DNA of 64,000 nucleotides, from assembly GCF_009914755.1 (NCBI RefSeq), contig NC_060939.1; one strand, written 5' to 3'. Below the pieces are notes generated by a model. It was not told the DNA's origin, did not search any database, and was given only the letters and a program-made list of their open reading frames with translations. Positions 25,726-40,520 of the stretch are shown here, one piece after another; positions within the stretch are counted from its first letter, which is position 1, and each line of letters opens with the position of its first letter. The translations under genes and the position numbers were made by a program. Origin of the DNA: the human T2T-CHM13v2.0 reference genome, Homo sapiens.

Positions 25726-26261
25726 TGTAGCAGCAGAGGAGACTAGAATGATTTAATCTCCTTGGTCAGCACGTTCTCTTCTTCCAGGAGAACCTACACA
25801 TATGAGAAGCCATATTATAATCCAAAGGTTGTTTGGTGAGTGTAGAATGCAAGCAGAGAGAGGAGAAATACTGGTTAGAAGATTACATTGTTGACAGTAA
25901 ATGAACACCCAGCTGCATTCATCTCTCATTTAGGAGTTGCAACATCAAAAGACAAGAAAACCAAATTCTGGGACAGAGCAACTTGTTCTCTGAAAAGCCA
26001 TGAATGAGGACTTCCAATATTGGCCTCTACTCTGCTGATTTTCTACATACATTCTAGTGAAAAAGTCTTGCTTTAGTAATCGTCAGACAAGCAACTATTT
26101 CATCAAATCCTATTCTTACTGCTCTCTGCCATAGGGGCCCTCATCCTCTGAAGGTGATGTCTGCATATTTCTTATTGGATCCATTGCATGTTAAATTTAT
26201 CAGTTTGATTCACAAAGCTCTGGAGTTTCTCTTGCTGTCTCTATTTGCTGTCCATATGTAG

Positions 26262-26483
26262 CAGGGTTTCTCAGCTTTCGCACTACTGATATTTTAGGTG
26301 GGATAATATTCTGTTATTAGGGATTATGTAGGATGTTTAGCAGTATCCCTGGCCTCTTCCCCTTATATGTCAGTTGCAGACTCCCCACCCACCATCCCTT
26401 AGCAGATATGACAACTAAATATGACAACTAAATATTGCCAAACGTCTCCTGAGTACCAAAATTGCCTCCTGTCAAGGAATTCT
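26262..26483. mobile_element. MER20 DNA transposon
   Basis: CAGGGTTTCTCAGC..GTAGGATGTTTAGCAGTATCCCTGGCCTC..ATTGCCAAA. Internal 13-bp tandem duplication ATATGACAACTAA. Confidence 0.88.
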
Positions 26484-27110
26484 GGCATATAGGATAGATA
26501 GGTGAAAAGAAGAGAGGATTCCTTCTAATTCCTTTCAGGGATCTAGGGCAAAAACCATTCAACCCAGTCAAGCTGGGTTCCAGCTTCATATCATTTAACT
26601 CCTCTACTTTTATTCCTCTGAGATTCCCCTTACCATAACCACGATGTTTATACAAATCAAATCCTAACTCAGACTTCTATGAATTTTTTATGCATATCTA
26701 CCTTTCCAGGCAAGTCACAACTTTCTTATATCTGATTGGGCAGAAGGTTTATAGTATCTCAGTAAATAATTTTCCTCAGTTACATGGAGCATCATATTTT
26801 TATTGGGAGAGAAACATATTTCAAAATTTGAGGTATGCACAGTATCTGTCAATACCCATGACTGGCTTCAATTCTGAAATCTAATTAATGTGAATTCTAA
26901 ATTCCTTGGGTTCATCAAATCTTTGCGTTTGTCAACATAGGGTACAGAATTTTGGTTGTTGTTTTCTTCTCTCTCTTAACACTTTAACTAGAGTTAAGCA
27001 GTTTTCATTTCATCAAGAGGGCAAGTCACAGACAAATAAATCTCTCTTCAGTGGTAGAGGTAACATTTTAGTAAGTTGAGAGATGGAGTATTCTTATTGC
27101 TCCAAGATGA

Positions 27111-27490
<380 letters not shown>

Positions 27491-28314
27491 CAAATGCATG
27501 TTCTATTCTTAGACAGGTATATTATTTTATTCTCATCTTCTTTTTATCTCTTGCTTCCTCTTTTCCTCCAACATGTTTGAATTAACTATGCCCCAGTTTT
27601 TGTGTTTCCCTAGGTCATGTCCCAACCATGCTATTTCTCCAGAACTTAAACAGAAAGCTTCTTCAATGGAAGGTGCACAATCTTTCTACTGCAACTCACA
27701 AACAACAGTCAAAAGCCCTATGCCAAAAAAAGTTATCTATGAAAAATGAGACTACAAGATTACTTTTTTTCAGTAATAATTTTGAAATTTCTTCCCTACC
27801 ATCAGAAGGTTCTAGGACAAGCCCAGCGATGCGTACACTTGGAGAGAATAGAGCAGCAAGGATGAATGACAGTATTTTTCCACACTCAGCCCCTACAGGC
27901 AGCTCAGCATTTCTTTGGCAGCTCCCCTTTAACTAGAAGAAAGATGGCAGTTGACCAAACAGATAAAATACAAGTGTTGCTGAGACCACCCAGGCATGTA
28001 TCATTCATTTTGAATTGACTGGATCTTTTCCAGAGGGATTTTGTTAGCAAAGAAGAGAGAGGAGATGGAGTATAAGGGGTCAGGGGCAGTGAGGGAAAAT
28101 GATGAAATAGGTGCACAATTCTATTTGGAAAAATGTATAGACACATGCCAAATACAGGTAAGAATTGCAGAAAATATTTTGCTGTGATGTTAGTCTCGAA
28201 AGACCTATGAATGTTTTTTAATTTATTTTTTAATTTACTTTTAATCAATCTGTCTTCAAAATTTGGCATTCCCAACACACATCTCACGATTTGAGCTCTA
28301 GAGTCAGAAAAGTT

Positions 28315-28616
<302 letters not shown>

Positions 28617-30466
28617 TAGAGTCAGACAAATCAGATTTAAATACCAGCTCTACCACTTATTAAATATGGGACCTGAACAAGTTATTTAAGAATTCTCAGA
28701 CTACATTTCTTCATCTGTAAAGTGGAATAAACCAATTAACAGAGTCTGGCTCATATTAGACAATGAAGACAAGGCACATTAAGGTGGATGGATGGATGAG
28801 TATGTGGGTGGTAGAAGATTCTGAAACTCTGGATCTTGCAGAAGAAAAAAATATAATCTAAATTCTTACCTAGAGGAAACTGCTTTGCTTTGCTAGTTCT
28901 CATTGAGAGTGTGAAAGATTTAAGTGTTCATTCTTCAGGAAGGGCATGAGTCCTCAGCCATCGATATTAAAAAAAAAAAAAAAGTGCAACTTCACCTGCC
29001 TTGAGTGTTTTTGCTTTTAAGAACTGGAAAGCTTTTATTGAAATGGTGGTATAGGAATCACTGAAAACCTTTATACTGGACTCTGAGCTCCTCAGATAGA
29101 TCAATTTCACTCTAATAAATCAAACCTTTGAAACCTGCTCTGTGATATTGCAGTCATCTCTGCCTGAGCTCTGTGGCAGGCAGAGTCTGGCCCAGCCATG
29201 GGGCTGGTCTTCCATTTCTATTTCAGTGTAATTAAGAGATTTTCTTTCTTTGAATTAGAAACTGGCTGGCAGGAAAAATGGTATGGGAACATTCCACAGG
29301 GTTCTCTGGAGAAACAGGCAATCTAACCATTGATGAAGAGGACATGGGCTCATGCTAATATAAAGAAATGCTCCTCTCTGCAGCAGGAAAGTGAGGAGTA
29401 TGCTTCATGCTGGTGGGCTGATTATTTGGCTCATTCCAATTAGTACTGAATCCAAATGGAATAATGTATTTTTCCTTAATTCTTTCAATTCTCCAAATGC
29501 TCTCTGGGAGAACACATTCTTTCTCTCCAACTGGAAGCAGAGGATTCAGCTCTGCTATGAGGCCTGGTGATTAGACCTGTTGGATTAGTGATGCCTGCAA
29601 TTCAGTCAGAGGTATAGTCTTCCTAATTGTCTTTAGCGGGGTTACACTCCCTCCCCTTTGCTTCCTTAATGATCTCATTAGACAATTCAATCTGGAAAAT
29701 GCTTGCAACTCCTCCAGCCTATGTAATTGCACCCAAGGTGGGGTTTTAGGGCTCCTTCAAACAGGTCAGATATCATACTTTGGGACATTCAAGGTAGATT
29801 TGGGGGCCGTCTACCAAGCACTTTGAGTGAGTGGCTCTCACTCAAAACTACAGATGGGTAAATAATGATAGCATCCTTAATGGGCAACAACAGAAAAAGC
29901 AAGTTGCTTAAAGGTCATGCATCTGCATTTACCACAGCCTGATGCTTCTCACAAGGATCTTCAAAGGATGAGCACATTGGATCAGCAAGACTTCACTCAG
30001 CTTTGAGGGCCCTGCTGTAGAGAGAGTCATGGATGTTCCAGCAGCAAGAATAGTATAGGTTTCATGCAGGCAACACTGAAGCCAGGACTTTTTTTTTTTC
30101 TTTTTTAAAAAATAATTCACAAATGGTGAAAGGTCTGGATGTTAAGGCAAGAAGGGTAAGGGTGGGTGTATGAAAAAGAGATAGGGGTTGGATTTTAACA
30201 TAACCTTTGGGGTAAGGCTATTTAATGAGCATTTAATACTGGTAGGTTAACCAAATCAAGACCCCGTTTTTTTTTGTTTGTATGTTTGGTCCTTTTTATG
30301 AAGTTATCCAGAAGGAGGTACTGCAAACATTGTCCCCCAGGCAGGGAAATAAGGCAACGCCGAATGATTTCTCCTTTCAACCTTAATTACATGTCTGCTT
30401 GAATTAAAGACTTGTAACTGAATTTGATGGCTAGACCTTGACCTTCAAGAATCATATACTGAAGAT

Positions 30467-32595
30467 TTTTTTTAGCTTTATTGAGGTATAGTTCACATAC
30501 TATATAAATTTCCATCCAAGGTAAGCGTAAGGCTCAATGATTTTTAGCAAATGTATGTAATGAAATCATCACCAGAATCCAGTTTTAGAATACAGTATTA
30601 TCATCATCCCTATTTTCCTTGTGTCCGCCAGGAGTTAATCCTTCCACCCTCCTCTTAGTCCCAGCCCAGACAACTACTAATCTTTACTTTCTTACAGATT
30701 TTCTTTTCTGGAAGTTTTATATAAATAGTGTCATATAATATGTAGTCTTCTGGCTTCCTTCACATGGCATAAGGTTTTGGAGATTCATCTATCTTATAGC
30801 ATTTATCAGTAGCTGGTTCCTATTTCATGGCTGAAAAGTGTTCTGTTGTATGGGTATACCATATTTTGTTTATCCATGCACCAGTTTATACAAATTGGGA
30901 TTGTTTACAACTTGGGGATATTATAAATAATGCTGCCGTGAACACTCACATACTAATCATTGTGTGGACATGTTTCAGTTTTACTAGCAGTGAAATTGTT
31001 GGGTTGTATGGTAAGATACGTTTCACTTTTAAGTAACTGCCAAACGTCTTTAAGTGGCTGTACCTTTTACAATCTCATAAGCAGTGAATGAGGGTTCCAG
31101 TTTTCCTACATCCTTGTCAACAATTGTCATTGTCTATCTTTACTATAGCTATTCTAGTGAGTTGTATAGTGGTATCACCTTGTGGTTTTCATTTGCATTT
31201 CCTTAACAACTAAAGATATTGAGCATCTTTTCTTATGCCTGTTAGCCATTCATGTATTTCTTTGGTGAAATCCCTCTCCGAATATTTGGCCCATTTCTTA
31301 ATTAGGATTTTTGTCTACCTATTAATGAGTTGTGAGAATTCTTTATATATTTGGATACAAATTTTTTGTCAGATGCATAATTTTCAAATATTGTCTCCCA
31401 GTCTGTGGCTTGCATTTTATTTTCTTTATGGTATTTTTGAAGTACAAACATGTTTAATTTTGATGGCATCCAAAATGACAATTTTAATCTTATATATCAT
31501 GCTTTTGGTATTGTAGTTAAGAAATTTTTGCTTGCCCAAAGTAATGAAAATTTTGTCCTATATTTCCATCTGAGTTTGATAGTTTTTGCTCTTATGTTCT
31601 ATGAGTCAATTTATATGTATCGTATGAGGTAAGAGTGTAAGTTAATTTTTGTTTATTTATTTTACATGTGGATATCTAATGGCTTTAGTATCATTTATTG
31701 GTTAGCTTTTTTCCCATTGAATTATACTTTTGTCAAAAATCAGTTGAGCATATATGTAAGAATTTATTCTAATCTTTGATTGGTCTACACTTTTATGCAG
31801 TGCTTGCTGTCTTAATTACTGTAGATTTATAGTATTAAAATCAAAGTCCTCCAAATTTTTTATTCATAATAATTTTAGCTATTCTTGGTAATTTTCATTT
31901 CAATGTACATTTTAAAATCTATTTGTCAGCTTCTACAAAAGGTCTGTTGAGATTATGATATATATCACTTCGAATGTATAAATCAGTTTGAGGAAAATTG
32001 TCATCTTAATATTGAATTTTTTAATACATGAATAAGGGTGGTTAATTTTGTTAAATCCTTTTTATAGGCAGTGATTGAGATGACTGTGCTCTCTTTGTCC
32101 TTTATACTATGCACTGTACACAATACAGTGTACACTCTATTGTTTACCGTATGAATTGAGTTGTGAATTTTAAACCAACCTTGCATTCTTAGGATAAATC
32201 TCACTTAGTCATGATGTACAATCCTTTTTTTAATGCTTTGCCCAATTTGGTTTGCTAATAATATGTGTTTATACTCATGAAGGATATTGATCTGTATTTT
32301 ACTTTATTCTTTTGATCTGGCATTGTTAGCACAGTGATACTGGCCCCATATATTGAGAAATGTATTCTCCATCTCAATTATCTGAAAGAGTTGGTGAAAG
32401 ATTAGTATTATTTCATCTTTTTTGATAGAGCACCAGTGAAGCCATCTGCGCCCAGGGTTTTCTTGATAAAAGAATACCTATTTACTAACTTAATTTCTTT
32501 ACTTGTTATAGATATATTTGTATTTTCTATTTCTTCATGAATCCATTTTGGTAAATTGTGTTTGGTAAATCTGGTAAATATTTACCCATTGTTCA
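30467..32595 (-). mobile_element. Old L1M (3'UTR plus ORF2 fragments)
   Basis: TTTATTGAGGTATA 3' end; ORF 32001-32204 (MRFILRMQGWFKI..KDK) is L1 ORF2-like. Confidence 0.9.
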
Positions 32596-32599
32596 TTCT

Positions 32600-32832
32600 C
32601 TCAATCCTCTCTCATAAATATGTATAGCTTTTCTCCCAAACCTGCTAAATATGTATGACTCTATTGTGTGACACAGACCCAGTGAAGCATAAAAGCCAAC
32701 TTACCTTCTTCCCTCTTGAAAGAAAGAGCACCTTCGACACATGCCTGAGACTGTCTCCTTCAGTTTGCAAACTGATATTGCCAATAAAACTCTCTTTTCT
32801 ATTTAGCCAGCCTGGTAGTCTTTTGGATGACA
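32600..32832 (+). mobile_element. LTR 3' fragment (ERV class uncertain)
   Basis: AATAAA at ~32783 followed by an end ...TTTTGGATGACA. Interrupts the L1. Confidence 0.55.
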
Positions 32833-32839
32833 ATTACAC

Positions 32840-35125
<2,286 letters not shown>

Positions 35126-35594
35126 AATAAATTATTTTGGAAAGAAGGAATAGGTGAAAGAATTAATGAGAATGTAACTATCATACTTTCCTCATTAATT
35201 AGACATGAAATTCTCTGCTCATTTCTGTTATATGGTATCACATCCCTTCATCATCTTGATCCATATCTTTGGTTACTTATACCCCTTTATAATACATGGT
35301 CCCAAGAACTAAACATAATACTTCAAGTATGGTCGCAGTCATTCAAGCAGTTGTAACTTATCTCTGTAGAATGGGTTACCTAAGACTATATCATCCTTTT
35401 TCCAATAGGCAGCAATGAGAGTTGAGCCTTTTAATAGATTTTGTTTGGGCTCTGGCTGATGATCCATGGTAGAAAAACAGTGAGACAAAGCATTAGACTA
35501 AATTTCCATGGAAGAAATTTGGAATTAATAGCACAAATATATTTATCTTTAAACTTTTTTATGGTAGCAATATACATAGGGGAAAAGGAGATTG

Positions 35595-35810
35595 TGATAA
35601 TATCAATAATAGCCAATATTTCTCGAGTACTTTCCATGCTCCAGATACAATTTTAGGTGCTTTACAAATTACCACCCCTTTTATCTTGGCAACCCTACTG
35701 ATGAGGAAACTGAAATCAACTGTAGTAAAGCAACCTGCCTAAAATAACAGAGCTATTAAGTGGCCAAACTGGAGTTTGAGCAGGGATCCTCTGGATCCAA
35801 TGCTCAGTGT
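35595..35810 (-). mobile_element. MIR
   Basis: GTGCTTTACA..GATGAGGAAACTGA..GGAGTTTGAGC. Confidence 0.75.
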
Positions 35811-38801
35811 TGATTGAATATGCAGGGCTACTCACTGTCTAGTGAGGAGAGCTTTCTCATTGAAAGCTAATCTGAGCATGCCTTGCTTATCCATCGCCAG
35901 TTCTGAAGGAGATTGAGAAAAGATTGGTGCTGTAAACTTCTAAATGATTCCAATCTACAGCACATTTCAGTGTTGCATGGTTTCAGTTTATGCAGCTTTC
36001 TCTGCTTTGCCTCAGCAAATTGCAAGTCCCTCGGAAGAGTCCCTAAGAAGCAGTTCCTCTGGCTGCTGAAGCGGCCAGGCTGCTATGCACGCTGGGATCA
36101 CATTCGGCATAGTAAGTAGCCATTCCTTCTACTAGAAGACCTGCACACAAATCAGCATGGGGCTAAATAATTCAAATCAGAATTACTAGCAGCTATTGAA
36201 TCTGAGGGCATTTGCTAAGTAGAACAAAGAGCTATGAAAATAAGGTGATGGCTTTCTTTCTTTCTTTCTTTTTTTTTTTTTTTGGCTGATCTTATGCCAA
36301 TCACAAGGAAAATATCAGAATTGCAAATCATGTGAGAATAAAATTGCCCAAATCCTGATGGACCTTATTATGGATAAAAGTGGAATTATATCTAGAATAG
36401 AGAGAGTAGCAGCTCTGGCCAGTTTCTTTCACAGGCTCCAGAAGTGACAGGCATGGCACAGATTATGCCAGGCTTAGTATCTGTGCTCCGCAGGGGCGAT
36501 TCCCATTAGCTTCTGTGCCCAGATCCTCATCCTAGGCAGCGTGTGCTGGGTAGCATTCAGGACAGCAAGGTTCTCCTGCCTCAGCAACACTGTGCTTGCT
36601 TTAGAAACAGAGTGAGTAAGGCCTCTGTCGACATCACGCTTTAATTTTAATGAGAAGTCATAGAAGGAGCTGGTCTTTTTGGTCTTTTACAATTTGGAAA
36701 ATAAGAAAAAAATTGTTAATCTTTCCATTCCTATGCTGTTCAGTCATTTTGGCCTAGGAACTTTAATGCTATTGCTTTGTAGTTTCCATTGCATAAAGGT
36801 AGTCACCTATGTGCTGGTGTGTTGCTCAATCTCCCTCAACCCAATCGCATTCAATGGAAATGATAAGAGAACTCTGTTCAGCTGTTTCCCATGTGTAAAA
36901 CACCTATTTAGTGGAGCTGAAATGTACTGATAACTGGGCTCAAAAGGGACAGTCATTTTCAAGGCTTGATAAGTAGCAAGATGTCACCATTCTTGCTGCC
37001 TTAGGCTATGGACATTACTTATTCATTTCTTCATCCATTATTTTATTAAAAAGTGTCTGTACATGGCATGGATTAAATGTTGGAGAAATTACCAATATGC
37101 ATTGCTTTATTTGACTTCCCAGTCTTATCTCTGCTCCTGCCCCCTTCCTGTTTTTCACACATTTCCTATAGCACCGACTACATGCCATTTTATAAACAGA
37201 TCTTTGCCAAAGAACCAAGTACCCAATCGTCCTCACACCATGGGTGCCCCACTGCACCCACATTGCCTGTCTTTGTTTTGTTTGCTCCTGTTCCAGATAA
37301 TTCTTTCTGCATCAAAACCCATCTTCCTCCCACCCTCATTTCCTCTGGGCTCTGCCAAACATTCTTATTAACACAGAGAATCATTATTGATAGGGTTACC
37401 TAAATTAACCTTGACCATTTCCTTTAACTATAAAATGGGAGTGATAAGAATACCTGTATGATATATTGTTGTATGGCTTAAATGAGATAATAGAAATGCT
37501 GAAAAAAATACTTGTCATATAGCAAGTATTTACTTACTATGCTGCATATCATGTAATCATTCCAAAAGCTAAAAAACAAAACCAAAATGAAAAGATAGTT
37601 TCCTTCTGGTCAACACTGATAGTAATAGGTAATATTTATATTACTTAGATACTGTGTGAAGCATAATATTTTATTAATTATTGCCATGCCCATTTTATTG
37701 ATAAAGAAACTGGAGTATAGGAAATCAATAATAATTTTCTGCCATCACTTCTATAATGCATTTGGAGAGGCTTTTTGGTCAATTATTGAAGGGACTGGAT
37801 TTATAAGTTGCTTTAGACCTTCTGATTAAGGGTGAGTGATGTCACCAATCACAGCAATGGAAAGATCACTTGCTCTTATCCCTTCTAAGTGCTTTCCTGA
37901 TAGCGTCACCCTCATCTACTATTTTGGGAAAGAGGGCAAGAAGTGGAAGAAAGGAGTGCTGCATATAAAGCCCTGGGAGAAAATTGAAAGCTGGACCTAT
38001 GGGTTCTCTGATTCCTGAGACTATAAATCTCTAGGATTTGGGGCAGGAACTGATTCTAGCTCAAAACCAAGTCTACTAGAACTGGCTCACTCTGCCCACC
38101 TAACCCTGTAGGAGGGGGCTTTAAACAGTTTTGATGGGGGCAAACAGTGAGGACAGAAAAGTCCATCACCTGGTCAAGAACACAGCATCATTGCTCTTCC
38201 CTGGGCATTGAGAACAGGAGGTCTGTTTGAAATGGTAAGATATATATCAAACCCATTCAGTGGGCACAACTTTCTGTATCCCCAGAATTTCCTGAAAACA
38301 TCTTTATTATAAGAGCAAGTTTTTCCAATAAAATCTGCAAAGATTAGTTCTATCTGACTCATGAAACCCGCAAATTCTTCCATCCTCAGAGTCTCTAGAG
38401 TGGTAACTAGCTTGATAAATAAAGAATCTGGGCCTAGGCATGGGCAGTAGCAGGAAAGAAAGGCAGGGCATTAACTTGAACCTGGATGGGGAAGGCATGG
38501 GGATGGTGAGCAGTGGGGTCCCTGAGAAGTGTGCACACATGAAGGATGCAGGAGATATTCTCCACGAGTTGCTGGAATGGCCAACAGAGATTTGAATTTC
38601 ATATGGAAAGAGGGAGGTAGTGGGAAGTTCAGACTCATTGTGGTGAATGGTTTTCCTGCAGCAGTGGCAGGTTTTTATTTTTTATTTTTTATTGTTTAGT
38701 TGTAAAAAGACGACTGCATCTGTTTTGCTCACCATTGTCATGGCAGCTACTGCAGGGGAACTACTACATAAACACTGTTGGATGGAAGAATGGATGGTCC
38801 A

Positions 38802-39186
38802 TGTATTCATCCGTATTCACACTGCTATAAATATACTACCCGACACTGAGTAATTTATAAAGGAAAGAGGTTTAATTGGCTCACAGTTCCGCATGGCTGG
38901 AGAGGCCTCAGGAAACTTACAATCATGGTGGAAGGGGAAGCAGGCACCTTCTTCACAAGGGGCAGGAGAGAAAGAAGTGCAAGCAGAGAAGATGCCAGAC
39001 ACTTATAAAACCATCAGGTCCTGTGAGAACTCACTCACTATTGTGAGAACAGCATGGGGGAAACTGCTCCCACGATCCAAACACCTCCCTCTCTCCACAC
39101 ACTGAGAGTACATGTCCCTCCTTCGACACATGTGGATTACAATTGGAGATTATATTTGGGTGGGGACACAGAGCCAAACCATATCA
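38802..39186 (-). mobile_element. THE1D-like solo LTR
   Basis: TGTATT...CCATATCA with perfect TSD GTCCA. Confidence 0.94.
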
Positions 39187-39578
39187 GTCCATTTCCTGAG
39201 AGTCTCCTAAATCACTTTACGACATCCCCTGCTATCTGGAAACTCTATTCTGATCCACCTGCAAGCCCCCAGACACTATATAGATTATGTGACTTAACAC
39301 TGAAGCTGATCTCCCAATGCCTCTTTTTGCAAGGTACATTATCTTCATTTAAAAATATCCTTCCTACATTCCTTGAGGGGTTCTAAATGCCCCAGGGCTT
39401 TTTTCACTGAGCAGGCCTATGGCTGGTTACCCCAGGTCAACATGTAATGGAGGGCTCAACAAGCCATCCTGTGAACCTCTTTCCTGGAAGCAGGGAAGAG
39501 GAATGAGGCAGGCTGCTATGGAGTAGATCCCTTATCTCCTACCTAGAAGGCATCTTGCCTATTGCAAAGGTTTGAAGC

Positions 39579-39918
39579 AGTGGCTCTCAGGCCTGGTTGC
39601 ATATTAGAATCAACTGGGGAACTTTTAAAGTGCACAGACTTCACCCTGGACCATTTAAATCAGAATCTCTGGGCACGAGGCTCAGGCTTCGTTGTTTTTA
39701 AAGCTTCCCAGGTGAATCATTTGTGGTCAGAGTTGAAAGCCAATGAGTTTTTGTTCTTCAACTCTGCTGCAATTAGAATCACATGGGAAAGTTCCAAAAA
39801 AAATCTCAAAGCCCAGGCCACACCCCATGCCAATTAAATCACAATATCTGGGGTGGGGCCAAGGTATCAGAATTCTGACAACTCCCCAGATGACCAGTCA
39901 AGTTTTAGAATAAGTAGT
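39579..39918. mobile_element. Two adjacent MER5-type elements
   Basis: Both contain ATTAGAATCA..GGG and TAAATCA(G/C)AAT.TCTG motifs (~39579-39745 and ~39746-39918). Confidence 0.75.
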
Positions 39919-40359
39919 TTAGGAGAAAACAAAGATTTATTTCTCCTTGGTATGCCAAATCACTGTTATTTGCTAGTTGAATGCCAATTAAAAGCACTGA
40001 TTTAGACCTTTGACCAAAACAATCAAAATAGTTTCACACGTCTAATGCTCATACAAGATCCACAAATAAGCATTAGCAATTAAGCAAGCAGTAGAGAGCT
40101 AATTACCTTATTTTTTATATCTCGATTTCTAGTCATCAGAAATAAATAAAATTAGCTATTATTGCTTTAGTGCTAGATCCTCACAGCAATCTTAGGAAGT
40201 AGAGAATATTATTCCAATTCTACAGATGAAGAAATTGATCTTTAAAGAAATTAAAGAACTTACCCAATGTTGCCCAGGGCAGAAGAGCTGGAATCAGGAT
40301 CTGCACTACAGAATAATGACACCAAAGCCCGGGCTCTACTTACTACACTTGGCTGCCTT

Positions 40360-40520
40360 TATTTTTCAGAGCTGTATTGAAATACAATTTACATACCGTA
40401 ACACTCAACTTTTTAAAGCATGTAATGATTTCTAAAAAATTTACCGACTTGTGCAGCCATCGCTACATCTAGTTTTAAAACATTTGTCACTCTCAAAAGA
40501 TCGCTTGTGCCCATTTGACT
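40360..40520 (-). mobile_element. L1M 3'-end fragment between MIR pieces
   Basis: TATTGAAATACAATTTACATACC..TTGTGCAGCCATC. Confidence 0.75.
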
